Of a DNA stretch of 63,508 bases, positions 31,151-40,564 are shown piece by piece (the stretch's first letter is position 1; the number at the start of each line of letters is the position of its first letter). This DNA comes from Bacilli bacterium (GTDB taxonomy: Bacteria; Bacillota_I; Bacilli_A; ML615J-28; CAG-698). The notes under the pieces are model-generated. The model searched no databases and was not told where the DNA came from. It saw only the letters and a program-made list of their open reading frames with translations. The stretch covers positions 1 to 63,508 of the forward strand of contig JAZLLM010000001.1 of the NCBI GenBank assembly GCA_045598145.1. Direction: 5' to 3'. The position numbers and the translations under genes are program-made.

Positions 31151-31779
31151 TATTTAAGTTCCTCCTCATATTTCTTAATTGCTTCTTCAGTTAAAACTAA
31201 CATATCAGCATTTAATAAATCATAAACGCTTAAATGACCTTTTGTTTGAACGTATACGTTTGGAATATTTCTTCCAGCTAAATATAATTCATCATTATAT
31301 TCTAATACGTCAACGATGATCTTCTTATCAACATTAGCATTAACATTCTTTAATACTTCAACTAAACTCTTAGTTTTACTATCAGCTAATTCAATCTTAT
31401 CGATAACGATAATGTTATTGTTAGCTAGCTTATCACTTAATATAGATTTTGTTGCTAATTGAACAACTTTCTTATTAACCTTTAAATTGTACTTTCTTGG
31501 AGTAGGGCCGAATACAACTCCACCACCAACCCATTGAGGTGCTCTAGTTGAGCCTTGTCTTGCTCTACCAGTTCCTTTTTGTCTGTAAGGTTTCTTTCCT
31601 CCACCACTAACTTCTGTACGAGTCTTAGTGTCAGCTGTTCCTTGACGTAAGCCGGCACGTTGAGAATTAATGACGTCACATACTACTTGCATATTTGGTT
31701 CAATAGCAAATACTTCATTAGCTAATTCTAAAGTTCTAACTTCAGTTCCAGCTTGATTTAATACTTTAATACTTGGCAT
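31150..31779 (-). CDS. rplD: 50S ribosomal protein L4
   Basis: ...GGGKKPYRQKGTGRARQGS... Confidence 0.97.
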   Translation of the reverse strand: MPSIKVLNQAGTEVRTLELANEVFAIEPNMQVVCDVINSQRAGLRQGTADTKTRTEVSGGGKKPYRQKGTGRARQGSTRAPQWVGGGVVFGPTPRKYNLKVNKKVVQLATKSILSDKLANNNIIVIDKIELADSKTKSLVEVLKNVNANVDKKIIVDVLEYNDELYLAGRNIPNVYVQTKGHLSVYDLLNADMLVLTEEAIKKYEEELK

Positions 31780-31795
31780 CGTTATTTCTCCTTTC

Positions 31796-32452
31796 TTACT
31801 TAGCTAGTGCTTCAGGGTTAACAGCAGGTTTGTGAGCTTTAACACCATTTGAAATAATAACAAATGATTGATTAGCTCCAGGTACGTTACCTCTAACTAG
31901 CACAACGTTTCTTTCTAAATCGATTTTTGCGATACTTAAGTTTTGAATTGTTGTAACTTCTCCACCTAATCTACCAGGCATCTTCTTACCTTTTTTAACT
32001 CTAGCAGCATCGATAGATCCCATAGAACCTACACCTCTATGATAACCTGATCCATGTCCTTTTGGTCCAATGTGGAAGTTGTGACGTTTAACACCACCAG
32101 CATATCCCTTACCTTTAGAGATACCAGTTACGTCAACGATTTCACCTTCTACAAATATATTTGCTTTAACTTCTTGACCTACTTCGAACGCTAACATTTC
32201 CTCTCCAGCGATCTCTTTTACGAAGCGCTTAGGGTTTGTGTTTGCTTTCTTAGCATGTCCATCTTCAGCTTTGTTGATGCTCTTAACATCACCATAGCCT
32301 AATTGTACTGCTTGATAACCATCAGTTTCAGCAGTTTTCTTTTGTAATACAACATTTGGTGTTACATCAATAACTGTTACAGGAATTAATGTGCCATCTG
32401 CTGCAAAAATTTGAGTCATTCCGACTTTTTTACCTAAGATTCCTTTGGCCAT
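31796..32452 (-). CDS. rplC: 50S ribosomal protein L3
   Basis: [16 protein letters not shown]... Confidence 0.97.
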   Translation of the reverse strand: MAKGILGKKVGMTQIFAADGTLIPVTVIDVTPNVVLQKKTAETDGYQAVQLGYGDVKSINKAEDGHAKKANTNPKRFVKEIAGEEMLAFEVGQEVKANIFVEGEIVDVTGISKGKGYAGGVKRHNFHIGPKGHGSGYHRGVGSMGSIDAARVKKGKKMPGRLGGEVTTIQNLSIAKIDLERNVVLVRGNVPGANQSFVIISNGVKAHKPAVNPEALAK

Positions 32453-32478
32453 GAGTTCTTCCTCCTTCTTTGCTCATT

Positions 32479-32781
32479 TTATTTTAGAATGATATCTACA
32501 CCTGCAGGTATTTCAAGATGTACTAATGCATCAAGAGTTTTTGGTGTAGCTTGAATGTCGATTAATCTCTTGTGAGTTCTTCTTTCAAATTGTTCACGGC
32601 TATCTTTATGTTTATGAGGTGAACGAATAATTGTGAAAACTTCTCTTTCTGTTGGAAGTGGAATTGGTCCAGAAACAACAGCTCCTGTCTTCTTCGCAGC
32701 TTCAACGATTCTTTTTGCAGATTCATCTAATAATCTGTGATCATAAGAAATTAATTTAATTCTTAATGTCTTTTGTGCCAT
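32479..32781 (-). CDS. rpsJ: 30S ribosomal protein S10
   Basis: Start moved to ATG 32781 ([15 protein letters not shown]...), which follows an AAGGAGGAA SD. The track's 36-aa N-terminal extension is leader sequence. Confidence 0.96.
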   Translation of the reverse strand: MAQKTLRIKLISYDHRLLDESAKRIVEAAKKTGAVVSGPIPLPTEREVFTIIRSPHKHKDSREQFERRTHKRLIDIQATPKTLDALVHLEIPAGVDIILK

Positions 32782-32910
32782 TTTTGCTTCCTCCTTATAG
32801 TATTCTTGTACTTTAAGACTTAGCTCATTGTGAATTACCTGATGCACTCGTATAATTGGCAACTCAACCGTGTGTATCAGCAACCTCACAAATCCCCGCC
32901 TTCTTAAGCC
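32782..32910 (-). promoter_or_regulatory. Structured 5' leader of the S10 operon
   Basis: About 130 nt, locally GC-richer than its surroundings. 9-bp stem CUGAUACAC/GUGCAUCAG (one mismatch) spanning 32840-32880. Confidence 0.45.
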
Positions 32911-32916
32911 TCATAT

Positions 32917-32945
32917 ATTGTACTCTTTTCAAGTATAAAAGTCAA
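32917..32945 (-). promoter_or_regulatory. Sigma-A promoter of the S10-spc-alpha super-operon
   Basis: Minus strand TTGACT (32945-32940), 17 nt, TACAAT (32922-32917). Confidence 0.7.
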
Positions 32946-33024
32946 GGAAAAAAATATTTTTGTTTGAGAACCTATTCTTATCTTAAAAATACAGACTTTA
33001 TTTTAAGGTTCGTTTAAAACAAAA

Positions 33025-33053
33025 AATAGGAAATTTAACGAAAATTTCCTATT
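33025..33053 (-). terminator. Intrinsic terminator after the aldo/keto reductase gene
   Basis: AATAGGAAATTT loop AAATTTCCTATT, followed by TTTTGTTTT on the minus strand. Confidence 0.8.
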
Positions 33054-33080
33054 AGTATTTTTTGCCTATTTTTTGGCGTT

Positions 33081-34088
33081 TCATTCACCAAATGTTTCTA
33101 CAACGCTTTTTAACTTTTTAGTGATGTTTAATCCATAAGGGCATCGAGATTCACACATATGGCATTCAATGCATTCACTAGCTTTTACCTTTAATCCATT
33201 ATATCTATCAAACGCCCAATCTTTTAAATTATATTTCTTAACATAGTTCTCAAATAAGAAACAATTTGCGATATCGATTCCTTTAGTACATGGTTGGCAA
33301 TATCCGCACCTCCTACAAAAATCATTACCTAATTTATTTTTAGTTCCTCCAATGTACTTAGTTTCTTCATCATTTAATTTGATATCAGATTGGCTCACAG
33401 AAGCATTTTCTTTTACTTGGTCTATTGAATCCATACCAGGTATAGCTACACTTACGCTTTCATTATTCAATATATATTTTAAAGCAATATTAGCATTATC
33501 AATATTTCCACCAGCTAATGGTTTCATAACTATTACGCCAATTCCTTTTTTATTAGCTTTTAAAAATAAATCATTAGCTTTATCTTCAATAAAATTGTAA
33601 GGGAATTGAATTGTTTCAAAGATATCATAATATGGTACTTCTTCGTTTAAAACTTTTTCGATAAATTCATAACTATGTGATGTTAGACCTATGTGTTTAA
33701 TTTGTCCTTTTTCTTTGGCTTCAAGCAAAGCTTTGATAGCACCAGAATAATCACATTCTCCTCTTAAATTATGCATTTGATATAAATCAATATAATTTGT
33801 TTTAAAGTTTGATAAACTCGTTTTGATATCATTTAGCATTGCATCATAAGTTCTTGCCATAGATTTTGTAGCTAAAACAAATCTTTCTCTTCTTCCTTCA
33901 ATTGCACAACCAAACAAAGATTCTGATACAGTATATCCTCTAGCGCTATCTATAAAGTTAATTCCTTGATTGATTAATTCACTCACAATATCATAAGCAG
34001 TATCTTTGCTAACTCTTTGTAAAGGTATACCACCACAACCTATTTCACTAACTTTTAAATTAGTATTACCTAAAGTACGATAATTCAT
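33081..34088 (-). CDS. Aldo/keto reductase with C-terminal Fe-S (ferredoxin-type) cysteine motifs
   Basis: AKR N-terminal fold sequence. C-terminal CRRCGYCQPC and CIECHMCESRCP. Confidence 0.85.
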   Translation of the reverse strand: MNYRTLGNTNLKVSEIGCGGIPLQRVSKDTAYDIVSELINQGINFIDSARGYTVSESLFGCAIEGRRERFVLATKSMARTYDAMLNDIKTSLSNFKTNYIDLYQMHNLRGECDYSGAIKALLEAKEKGQIKHIGLTSHSYEFIEKVLNEEVPYYDIFETIQFPYNFIEDKANDLFLKANKKGIGVIVMKPLAGGNIDNANIALKYILNNESVSVAIPGMDSIDQVKENASVSQSDIKLNDEETKYIGGTKNKLGNDFCRRCGYCQPCTKGIDIANCFLFENYVKKYNLKDWAFDRYNGLKVKASECIECHMCESRCPYGLNITKKLKSVVETFGE

Positions 34089-34928
34089 TTAAAACTCCTT
34101 GTCTATTTCAAAAACAAATTTTTCTTGATTTCTTGGATGATTAAATTCAATATGATAAAACTCAAGCATCATTCTATCCTGATTATCTACACCATAAATT
34201 TTATCACCTATAATTGGATGCATTATGCTTGATAAATGTGCTCTGATTTGGTGCTTTTTACCACCATCGATCCTTACAATTAATTTTGAAATATTGTTCT
34301 TTGTTTCTATTACTTTATAATGTGTTTTTATATTATCATTAATTTTACTCTTAATTACTACTTGTTTATTGTTTACATGTCTATCAGATTTGATATCATA
34401 ACTTATTGTATCTTCCTTTTTACCGAATACACCTTTACATAAACAAACATATTCTTTAGTTACATTCTTGTTTTCCCATTCGTTTGATATATAACTTGCG
34501 CTAAAGATGTTTTTAGCTATTACTATCATTCCACTAGTTTCATAATCTAATCGATGCAAATGCGTAAAATAAATATTGCAATTTTTATAATAATTAGCAA
34601 CCGCATTTATTAAAGTATCGCATCTCTCACCATCTGGATGAACCAACATCGATATCGGTTTATATACAATTAATATGTCATCATCTTCGTATAGCACACT
34701 AATTTTATAGTTGAATGGTATATATTTATCCTTCATCAGTATTGAGTCATCGATATCTATATAGTCAGTTTTTTCTAAAGGAATATTTGAATTCTTTATA
34801 GCTACATCATTTACTCTTACTTTTCTATTTTGAACTAAAATGTATTTATTTTTACTAGATACTTTAAAATAAGAAAATAACTCATCTATGCTTTCAAATT
34901 CAAATTTAGAATTAGAAATATTAAACAT
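34089..34928 (-). CDS. RluA-family pseudouridine synthase
   Basis: Catalytic motif HRLDYETSGMIV and KKHQIRAHL. Confidence 0.88.
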   Translation of the reverse strand: MFNISNSKFEFESIDELFSYFKVSSKNKYILVQNRKVRVNDVAIKNSNIPLEKTDYIDIDDSILMKDKYIPFNYKISVLYEDDDILIVYKPISMLVHPDGERCDTLINAVANYYKNCNIYFTHLHRLDYETSGMIVIAKNIFSASYISNEWENKNVTKEYVCLCKGVFGKKEDTISYDIKSDRHVNNKQVVIKSKINDNIKTHYKVIETKNNISKLIVRIDGGKKHQIRAHLSSIMHPIIGDKIYGVDNQDRMMLEFYHIEFNHPRNQEKFVFEIDKEF

Positions 34929-35962
34929 TATTTGTCTTTCCTAATAATCTTTGCAAATCCTTTTGCAACGAAATAAAAACCAAGATCTGATAAATGTGCA
35001 CCATCTACGCTTCCGTCTTTATTAATTTCTTTTATTAGTTCGGTTCCGTCGACGAATGTGATGTTGTATTTTTCACACATTGCTTTTTGTGCATCATAAA
35101 ATTCTTTTCTATAATTAGCATATCCTGTTTTAACTAAGCCCATAGCTTCATCAAAGTGAGATACTAAGTATATTTTGATATCATCTTTGTTTTTTAAATT
35201 TTCCATAAAGTATGGAAACTTTTCGTTAAATAGTGCAGCACCGGCTGTATTACATTCGACTTCAAAAATTAAATATTTCTTATCTTCAATCATATTTAAT
35301 ATCTCAAGCATTCTATGCTCCATTTTACATGAGCCACTAAATCCTAAATTAATTACATTTAGATTTAGCATTCTTCCTAATATTGCGCCATAATCCATAC
35401 CCGGTCTTGTTGCACAACCACCTTGAGAGATGCTAGTTCCATAAATTACTAGTGTTTCTTGATTTAATTTATAGAATTTAAATTTAGCGTCTTCATTTAC
35501 CCCAACAAATGCACTTTCTAATATTTGATATAGTGGGAAATATAATCTATATTCAAATTCTTTGTCAAAACAGTCATTTAGTAAATCAACTGTGTATTCA
35601 GCTTTATTGATCTTTGTACAATTTAAAAATACCCATTTACCTTTTTCTTTTACATACAAACTAAAACCTATTGTGCCAACTGCTGTCATATGAGACATAT
35701 ATGCAGCACCAGCTAATTTTGCTTTTAATTTAATTGTTTTAGCGTTAGTTTTAAAACAGATATTAAAACCTGCTGGGTTTAATTTTAATGTTTCGACGTT
35801 TTCTGATACAAAGCTGTCATCTAATCTATTATATATTTTAGATTCAAAGGCTCTTCCCATAATACATGAATTATTTAAATCATACCATTTAATGCCATCT
35901 TCCACAGTACTGATGTTTTCTAACATGTTTTTATCAATTTCAAAAATACTTTTTCTTGCCAT
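34928..35962 (-). CDS. SGNH/GDSL hydrolase with an N-terminal beta-sandwich domain
   Basis: Block I GTSISQGG. C-terminal DGAHLSD (DxxH). Confidence 0.8.
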   Translation of the reverse strand: MARKSIFEIDKNMLENISTVEDGIKWYDLNNSCIMGRAFESKIYNRLDDSFVSENVETLKLNPAGFNICFKTNAKTIKLKAKLAGAAYMSHMTAVGTIGFSLYVKEKGKWVFLNCTKINKAEYTVDLLNDCFDKEFEYRLYFPLYQILESAFVGVNEDAKFKFYKLNQETLVIYGTSISQGGCATRPGMDYGAILGRMLNLNVINLGFSGSCKMEHRMLEILNMIEDKKYLIFEVECNTAGAALFNEKFPYFMENLKNKDDIKIYLVSHFDEAMGLVKTGYANYRKEFYDAQKAMCEKYNITFVDGTELIKEINKDGSVDGAHLSDLGFYFVAKGFAKIIRKDK

Positions 35963-36075
35963 AAATATTACCTCTCATAAATATAGTATACTACTTTTTT
36001 ATTATCTTTAATATAAATTATTTTATTTATTTAATTTTTATGATAAAATAAATGCATAAAAGAAAAGGAAAAATT

Positions 36076-38199
36076 ATGAAAAGAAAAATTTTATATCTAT
36101 TATTAATTGTATTCGCGCTTTTCTTTATAGCTTGTAAAGAAAAGATAGAGACAAAAACAGACCAAGAAATTGTAGATGAATTTATTAATACCATCACATT
36201 ACCTGAAACATTAACTGAATCTCTAAATTTACAAAATGTATATTCAAATGAAGGAAATGAATTCTATGCAACTTGGGAATCTAGCAATAAGAGAATATTA
36301 ACTAATGATGGTAAATATTACCTTAGCAAAAATTCTGATATCATTACATTAACTTTAACACTTAAATACAAAGATGTTAGTAGTGAAAAAACATTTGAAC
36401 TATACGTAAGCGAAAGTCCAATTAATTCTATTTTGATGGCTGCTTATAATGAATTAGATATCAAAAAAGAATTATCAAGTGATCTTGTAATTCCATCTAC
36501 ATTCAAATATTCCACATACACTATTGAAGCAAGCATTGTATCAAGTGATGAAGACATCATCAATAATAATGGTGAAATTGCACTACTAAAAGAAGATAAA
36601 GAAGTGAGTCTTGATATCATTTTAAAAATGGGTGATACTGCATCTACAATAACAGAAAAGTTCACAGTACTTAAAGTTGATGAAAGTAAAGTAAGCAATA
36701 TTTTAAAAGACTTAGGTTATGATAATTCATACGAAGAAAATCTAAACTTACCTAACAAGATATATTATAATAATAAAGAAATATTTGTAACATGGAGTAG
36801 CAATAATCCTAATGTATTAAGTAACGCTGGTATAATAAACCCGCAAAGTAACGATACCAATGTTAGTTTAACAGCTAGTACTGAATATGGATCATATACA
36901 TATAATGTAATAGTTAAACCATTATCTGATGCAACTTGTATTCAAAATGCATTAAGTTATATAAATATTCCTAATTTAATTACAAGTGATATCTTATTAG
37001 ACACCGAATTAAATTATGGTGTAAAAGCTGAATGGGTATCATCTGATGAATCTATTTTATCAAATGATGGAAAATTAACTAGTAATCAAGCATATAAAAA
37101 TATTACTTTAACACTTAAACTTAGCAAAGGAGACGAAACATATATGAAAGAATATAATGTATCAGCAGGAAAACAAGACCATCTATTCTTAGATAGAACT
37201 TTTGAAGGTGAAAAAGAGAATGTATGTATTCAAAATGGTAAATTAGTATTAGAAAGTGGAGCTACTTTAGGTTCTTATACAACTAAAGAAATCTCTACTT
37301 TAGATTACGATGAATGCGTTGGTTCATTCGCTGCTATCACATCAAAGAATGCAACATGTGAATTAATGGTTAGATTGTATTCAAATGGTAAATGGAGTAA
37401 GTATTTCACATATGGTACATGGGGAAGAGCACTTCAAAATGTATGTCCAACTGGCCAATCAGATACATACGTTAAAATGGTTGAAGACGAAATCTTACTA
37501 AAAGATAATAACGTTGCAAATAAGTTCCAATTAAAAATCACTTTAAGAAGAGATAATGCAAGTTATTCTAGTCCAATTGTTTCTTTAATCGCTTTATCAC
37601 TTAGATTTAAATCATATACTTATAATGTTGATATAAAAGATTTAGCTAAAGATGTACATCCAGATGTACCAAAACTAAATCAAGGTGTTGTACCAGAAAT
37701 TGGTGGATCAATTTGTAGTGCTACTACATCTACTATGCTTCTTAAAAATAAAGGTCATAGTTTCGCAAACCTTAGTGAAGAAGATTATGAATTAGATCCA
37801 AAATTCTCTAAAAGTCAAACTTCATATGAACATGGATATATTGCATATATCGTAAGAGATTATGGTAACAATATCTTCGGTAACTGGGTATATAATTGTA
37901 TTGGTATATCTTCTTATGGAGAAATATCATATGTTAAAAGAATGTATTCTAATGAAGAATTAATGTATCATTTAGCTACAGTAGGACCTGTTGGATGCTC
38001 AATCAAAGGTAGTGTTGTAAATGGTGTTAAAAACTACACTACAGGCGGACATTTAATCGTAGTAACTGGATATAGAATTAATGATGATGGCTCTAGAATT
38101 TTCTATATCAACGACCCTAATGTACCAAGCGTTAGTGTTGAAATGACTGAAGATGCCCTAAATAATGTTAATAGAGGCGTTTATTATATCGTTGAATAA
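36076..38199 (+). CDS. Lipoprotein with three atrophied-Ig-like repeats, a central beta-rich domain and a C-terminal C39-like (papain-fold) cysteine peptidase domain
   Basis: Lipobox LFFIAC. Threefold repeat (ATWESSNKRILTNDG / VTWSSNNPNVLSNAG / AEWVSSDESILSNDG). C-terminus has GGSICSATTSTM ... GGHLIVVTGY ... NDP (Cys/His/Asn-Asp). Start set at ATG 36076. Confidence 0.65.
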   Translation: MKRKILYLLLIVFALFFIACKEKIETKTDQEIVDEFINTITLPETLTESLNLQNVYSNEGNEFYATWESSNKRILTNDGKYYLSKNSDIITLTLTLKYKDVSSEKTFELYVSESPINSILMAAYNELDIKKELSSDLVIPSTFKYSTYTIEASIVSSDEDIINNNGEIALLKEDKEVSLDIILKMGDTASTITEKFTVLKVDESKVSNILKDLGYDNSYEENLNLPNKIYYNNKEIFVTWSSNNPNVLSNAGIINPQSNDTNVSLTASTEYGSYTYNVIVKPLSDATCIQNALSYINIPNLITSDILLDTELNYGVKAEWVSSDESILSNDGKLTSNQAYKNITLTLKLSKGDETYMKEYNVSAGKQDHLFLDRTFEGEKENVCIQNGKLVLESGATLGSYTTKEISTLDYDECVGSFAAITSKNATCELMVRLYSNGKWSKYFTYGTWGRALQNVCPTGQSDTYVKMVEDEILLKDNNVANKFQLKITLRRDNASYSSPIVSLIALSLRFKSYTYNVDIKDLAKDVHPDVPKLNQGVVPEIGGSICSATTSTMLLKNKGHSFANLSEEDYELDPKFSKSQTSYEHGYIAYIVRDYGNNIFGNWVYNCIGISSYGEISYVKRMYSNEELMYHLATVGPVGCSIKGSVVNGVKNYTTGGHLIVVTGYRINDDGSRIFYINDPNVPSVSVEMTEDALNNVNRGVYYIVE

Positions 38200-38204
38200 A
38201 AAAT

Positions 38205-38228
38205 AGTCTGTTGTTTACGCAACAGACT
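38205..38228. terminator. Bidirectional terminator (C39 lipoprotein / ABC permease)
   Basis: AGTCTGTTG-tttacg-CAACAGACT plus T-run. Overlaps the permease stop codon. Confidence 0.75.
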
Positions 38229-38964
38229 TTTTATTTTTATTTATTAAGAACTCAAAAAGAATAACAATTAATATTAAGATTATACTCCATGCAAATACAA
38301 AAGCATATTCTAAATTATTTTTCATATCGATTAATTCTCTTCCAATTGAATTAAAAGGTTGAGTAATAAATTCGGCCATAACCATAACCTTTAAGCCTAA
38401 GCCAAAAGATTGAAGTAATGATGTATTTATATCTTTTCTAATAATAGGTATATATACTTCTTTAATAACTAATGAGTTAGTGTTTGTTTGTGTTTTTAAT
38501 TCATCAATTATTCCTTTATCTATACCTGTAAGACCATTCAAAATACCTTCAAACATTATAGGTATAGTTACAAATGATGTAATATAATAAGGGCTCATAT
38601 TATGACCCACAAATATTATCATTATAACTATGATAGAAGCTACTGGTAGAGTTTTTAAAATTAATATAAACGGTCTAATAAATTGCTTAAGTTCTTCTTT
38701 CCAAAAAGATAATAATGCAAGAATAAAAGACAATATAAAAGATATAATTAATGATATAAATAAACGTAATAATGTGGAAAATAAAACCTTATAAGTATTT
38801 AATGTAATCACTAATTTAAACAATGCTTTTAATGTGTCAACAGGACCAGGTAAAATAACATTATTATTATAAGTTATTGATAATATAATCCAAATCAAAA
38901 GCAAGAACACAAAACCCAATGTGTAAAACAATTTATTAGTGTTTTTAGTAATAAAAGTTTTCAT
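38215..38964 (-). CDS. ABC transporter permease (NitT/TauT-like)
   Basis: 6-TM BPD-type permease with an EAA-like loop region. Overlaps the substrate-binding protein gene by 20 nt. Confidence 0.8.
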   Translation of the reverse strand: MKTFITKNTNKLFYTLGFVFLLLIWIILSITYNNNVILPGPVDTLKALFKLVITLNTYKVLFSTLLRLFISLIISFILSFILALLSFWKEELKQFIRPFILILKTLPVASIIVIMIIFVGHNMSPYYITSFVTIPIMFEGILNGLTGIDKGIIDELKTQTNTNSLVIKEVYIPIIRKDINTSLLQSFGLGLKVMVMAEFITQPFNSIGRELIDMKNNLEYAFVFAWSIILILIVILFEFLINKNKKSVA

Positions 38965-39892
38965 CTATTTCCTTACCTTGTAATATTTTATTATTGTATT
39001 TGTTTACCATATTAAAATATTTATCCATGATTTGTTTATTTTCTTTAGCTTGCATATACACAATATTGCTTGTTGGGATACTTTTTGATATCACTTTTTC
39101 AGTTAAATTAACAAAAATTGTCTTATTATCAGATGTAATATTAATTAACTTATTAGCGTATTCTTCTGGGTTTTCATTTAAATATTTTACATTATTATTT
39201 ACTTTATTTAGAAATGAACTGTAATCTATAGAAGAGTTTAAAACGAATATTCCTGCTTGTGGGATAACATCTATAATTTCTTTTAATGAATCTTGCAAAT
39301 CTACTTTGCTAAGTGGATCATCTTTAAAAGCTTTATCTTCCATTTTTGATATTATAGGTTCGGCGCTCAAAATGTATTTAACACGATTGTTACTCATAAA
39401 TCGATTACTAAAAACATCCGCAACGCTATTTTCATATACAAAATCTACTTTAGATAAATCCACACCATTAGCTTCTAAAGCCGCCTTTAATACGATATCA
39501 GGAGCTGTATTTTCTCCATAACTAGCAATAGTTTCTCCTTCTAAATCTTTTAATGATACCAAAACATCAGCTGATCTAGAAACTAGATATGAATTACCTG
39601 TAGTTATAACGGATGCTAGTTTATAATTATTAGAATTCTTAGTATAAAGTTGTGCTCCTAAAATTATTGGTGCAATAATGATATCATAATCTTCTTTTAC
39701 TAATTCAGATGACAGCATACTCGCACCATCAACCACAGTAAAATCATAATTATTATCATCAAACATCAATCCTAGTGCTACTGATGGAATTCCTGATGGT
39801 AAAAGAACTTTTATGTGTTCTTCATTCTTTTTGCAAGATAATAATGTAAAACTACTTAATAAAATTATAATTACACAAATTATTTTTTTCAT
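38945..39892 (-). CDS. ABC transporter substrate-binding lipoprotein (NMT1/THI5-like)
   Basis: Lipobox TLLSC. Periplasmic-binding-protein-like sequence. Confidence 0.7.
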   Translation of the reverse strand: MKKIICVIIILLSSFTLLSCKKNEEHIKVLLPSGIPSVALGLMFDDNNYDFTVVDGASMLSSELVKEDYDIIIAPIILGAQLYTKNSNNYKLASVITTGNSYLVSRSADVLVSLKDLEGETIASYGENTAPDIVLKAALEANGVDLSKVDFVYENSVADVFSNRFMSNNRVKYILSAEPIISKMEDKAFKDDPLSKVDLQDSLKEIIDVIPQAGIFVLNSSIDYSSFLNKVNNNVKYLNENPEEYANKLINITSDNKTIFVNLTEKVISKSIPTSNIVYMQAKENKQIMDKYFNMVNKYNNKILQGKEIDENFYY

Positions 39893-39972
39893 ACATTTTG
39901 CCTCTTTTTATTGTAATTATATTTTATCAGTATTATAATATAAATATCGTAACATATGTTACAGAGGTGATT

Positions 39973-40545
39973 ATGATTAATTATTTTGAAAAAGCTAAAG
40001 GAACAATTAAGAATTACAACAAAGGTGAAATAATTAAAAATGAAGGTGATACATGTGAAAATATCTTCTATATTATTTCTGGAGAAATTAAAGCATATAC
40101 ATATTCATATTTAGAAAACCAGTTTTTAATAAACACAATATATGAAAAAAACATATTCGGTGATATTCCTTTGTTTTCTACTAATAATAAATATTTAGGA
40201 AATATCATTGCATCTAAAAAAAGTACAATTAAGATTATAAGTAAAAATGAATTTTTAAATATGTGTGAAGATAAAAGCTTTTTAAGTTTATACTTAAGAT
40301 ATATAGATGATAAATTTTTATTACTTCAAAATAGATTAAAGGTATTATCTCAAAAGAGCATAAGAGAAAAAATCCTCTTTATGATATCAAAAAAGCAAAA
40401 CAAAATATTAAATTTTGATACCAAAGAAAAACTGGCTGAATATTTAAATATACCAAGGCCATCACTTTCTAGAGAATTAATCTTACTAAAAGATGAAGGT
40501 ATAATTGATTATAATAGACATAGTATTATATTAAAAAAGTATTAG
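39973..40545 (+). CDS. Crp/Fnr-family transcriptional regulator
   Basis: cNMP-binding-like N-terminus and a C-terminal HTH (EKLAEYLNIPRPSLSRELILLKDEGII). Start moved to ATG 39973, which follows an AGAGGTGA SD. Confidence 0.85.
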   Translation: MINYFEKAKGTIKNYNKGEIIKNEGDTCENIFYIISGEIKAYTYSYLENQFLINTIYEKNIFGDIPLFSTNNKYLGNIIASKKSTIKIISKNEFLNMCEDKSFLSLYLRYIDDKFLLLQNRLKVLSQKSIREKILFMISKKQNKILNFDTKEKLAEYLNIPRPSLSRELILLKDEGIIDYNRHSIILKKY

Positions 40546-40564
40546 AAGTCAAATTCTAATACTT
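40537..40564. terminator. Bidirectional AT-rich terminator (crp-like / ttuC-like)
   Basis: AAGTATTAGAA-gtcaaa-TTCTAATACTT overlapping both stop codons. T-runs on both sides. Confidence 0.6.

Noticed and set aside
31482-31679. 65-aa same-strand, out-of-frame ORF inside rplD.
   Set aside because: It lies entirely within the conserved L4 coding frame. It has no SD and no recognisable product, so it is a chance open frame.
32782-32889. N-terminal extensions in the ORF track for rpsJ (36 aa), rplV (21 aa, 29723-29785), rpsH (8 aa, 26312-26335), ylxQ, the Crp-family gene, the ttuC-like gene, the amidohydrolase and iorA.
   Set aside because: The extensions start at GTG/TTG codons that fall inside upstream genes or SD sequences. 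A canonical ATG with a well-spaced GGAGG-type SD, matching the conserved protein N-terminus, lies downstream in every case.
39893-39972. TPP or other riboswitch upstream of the NMT1-like ABC binding-protein gene.
   Set aside because: The gap is only 80 nt. It is extremely AT-rich, lacks the CUGAGA / ACCUGAU-type TPP signatures and has no terminator hairpin. It looks like a plain divergent promoter region.
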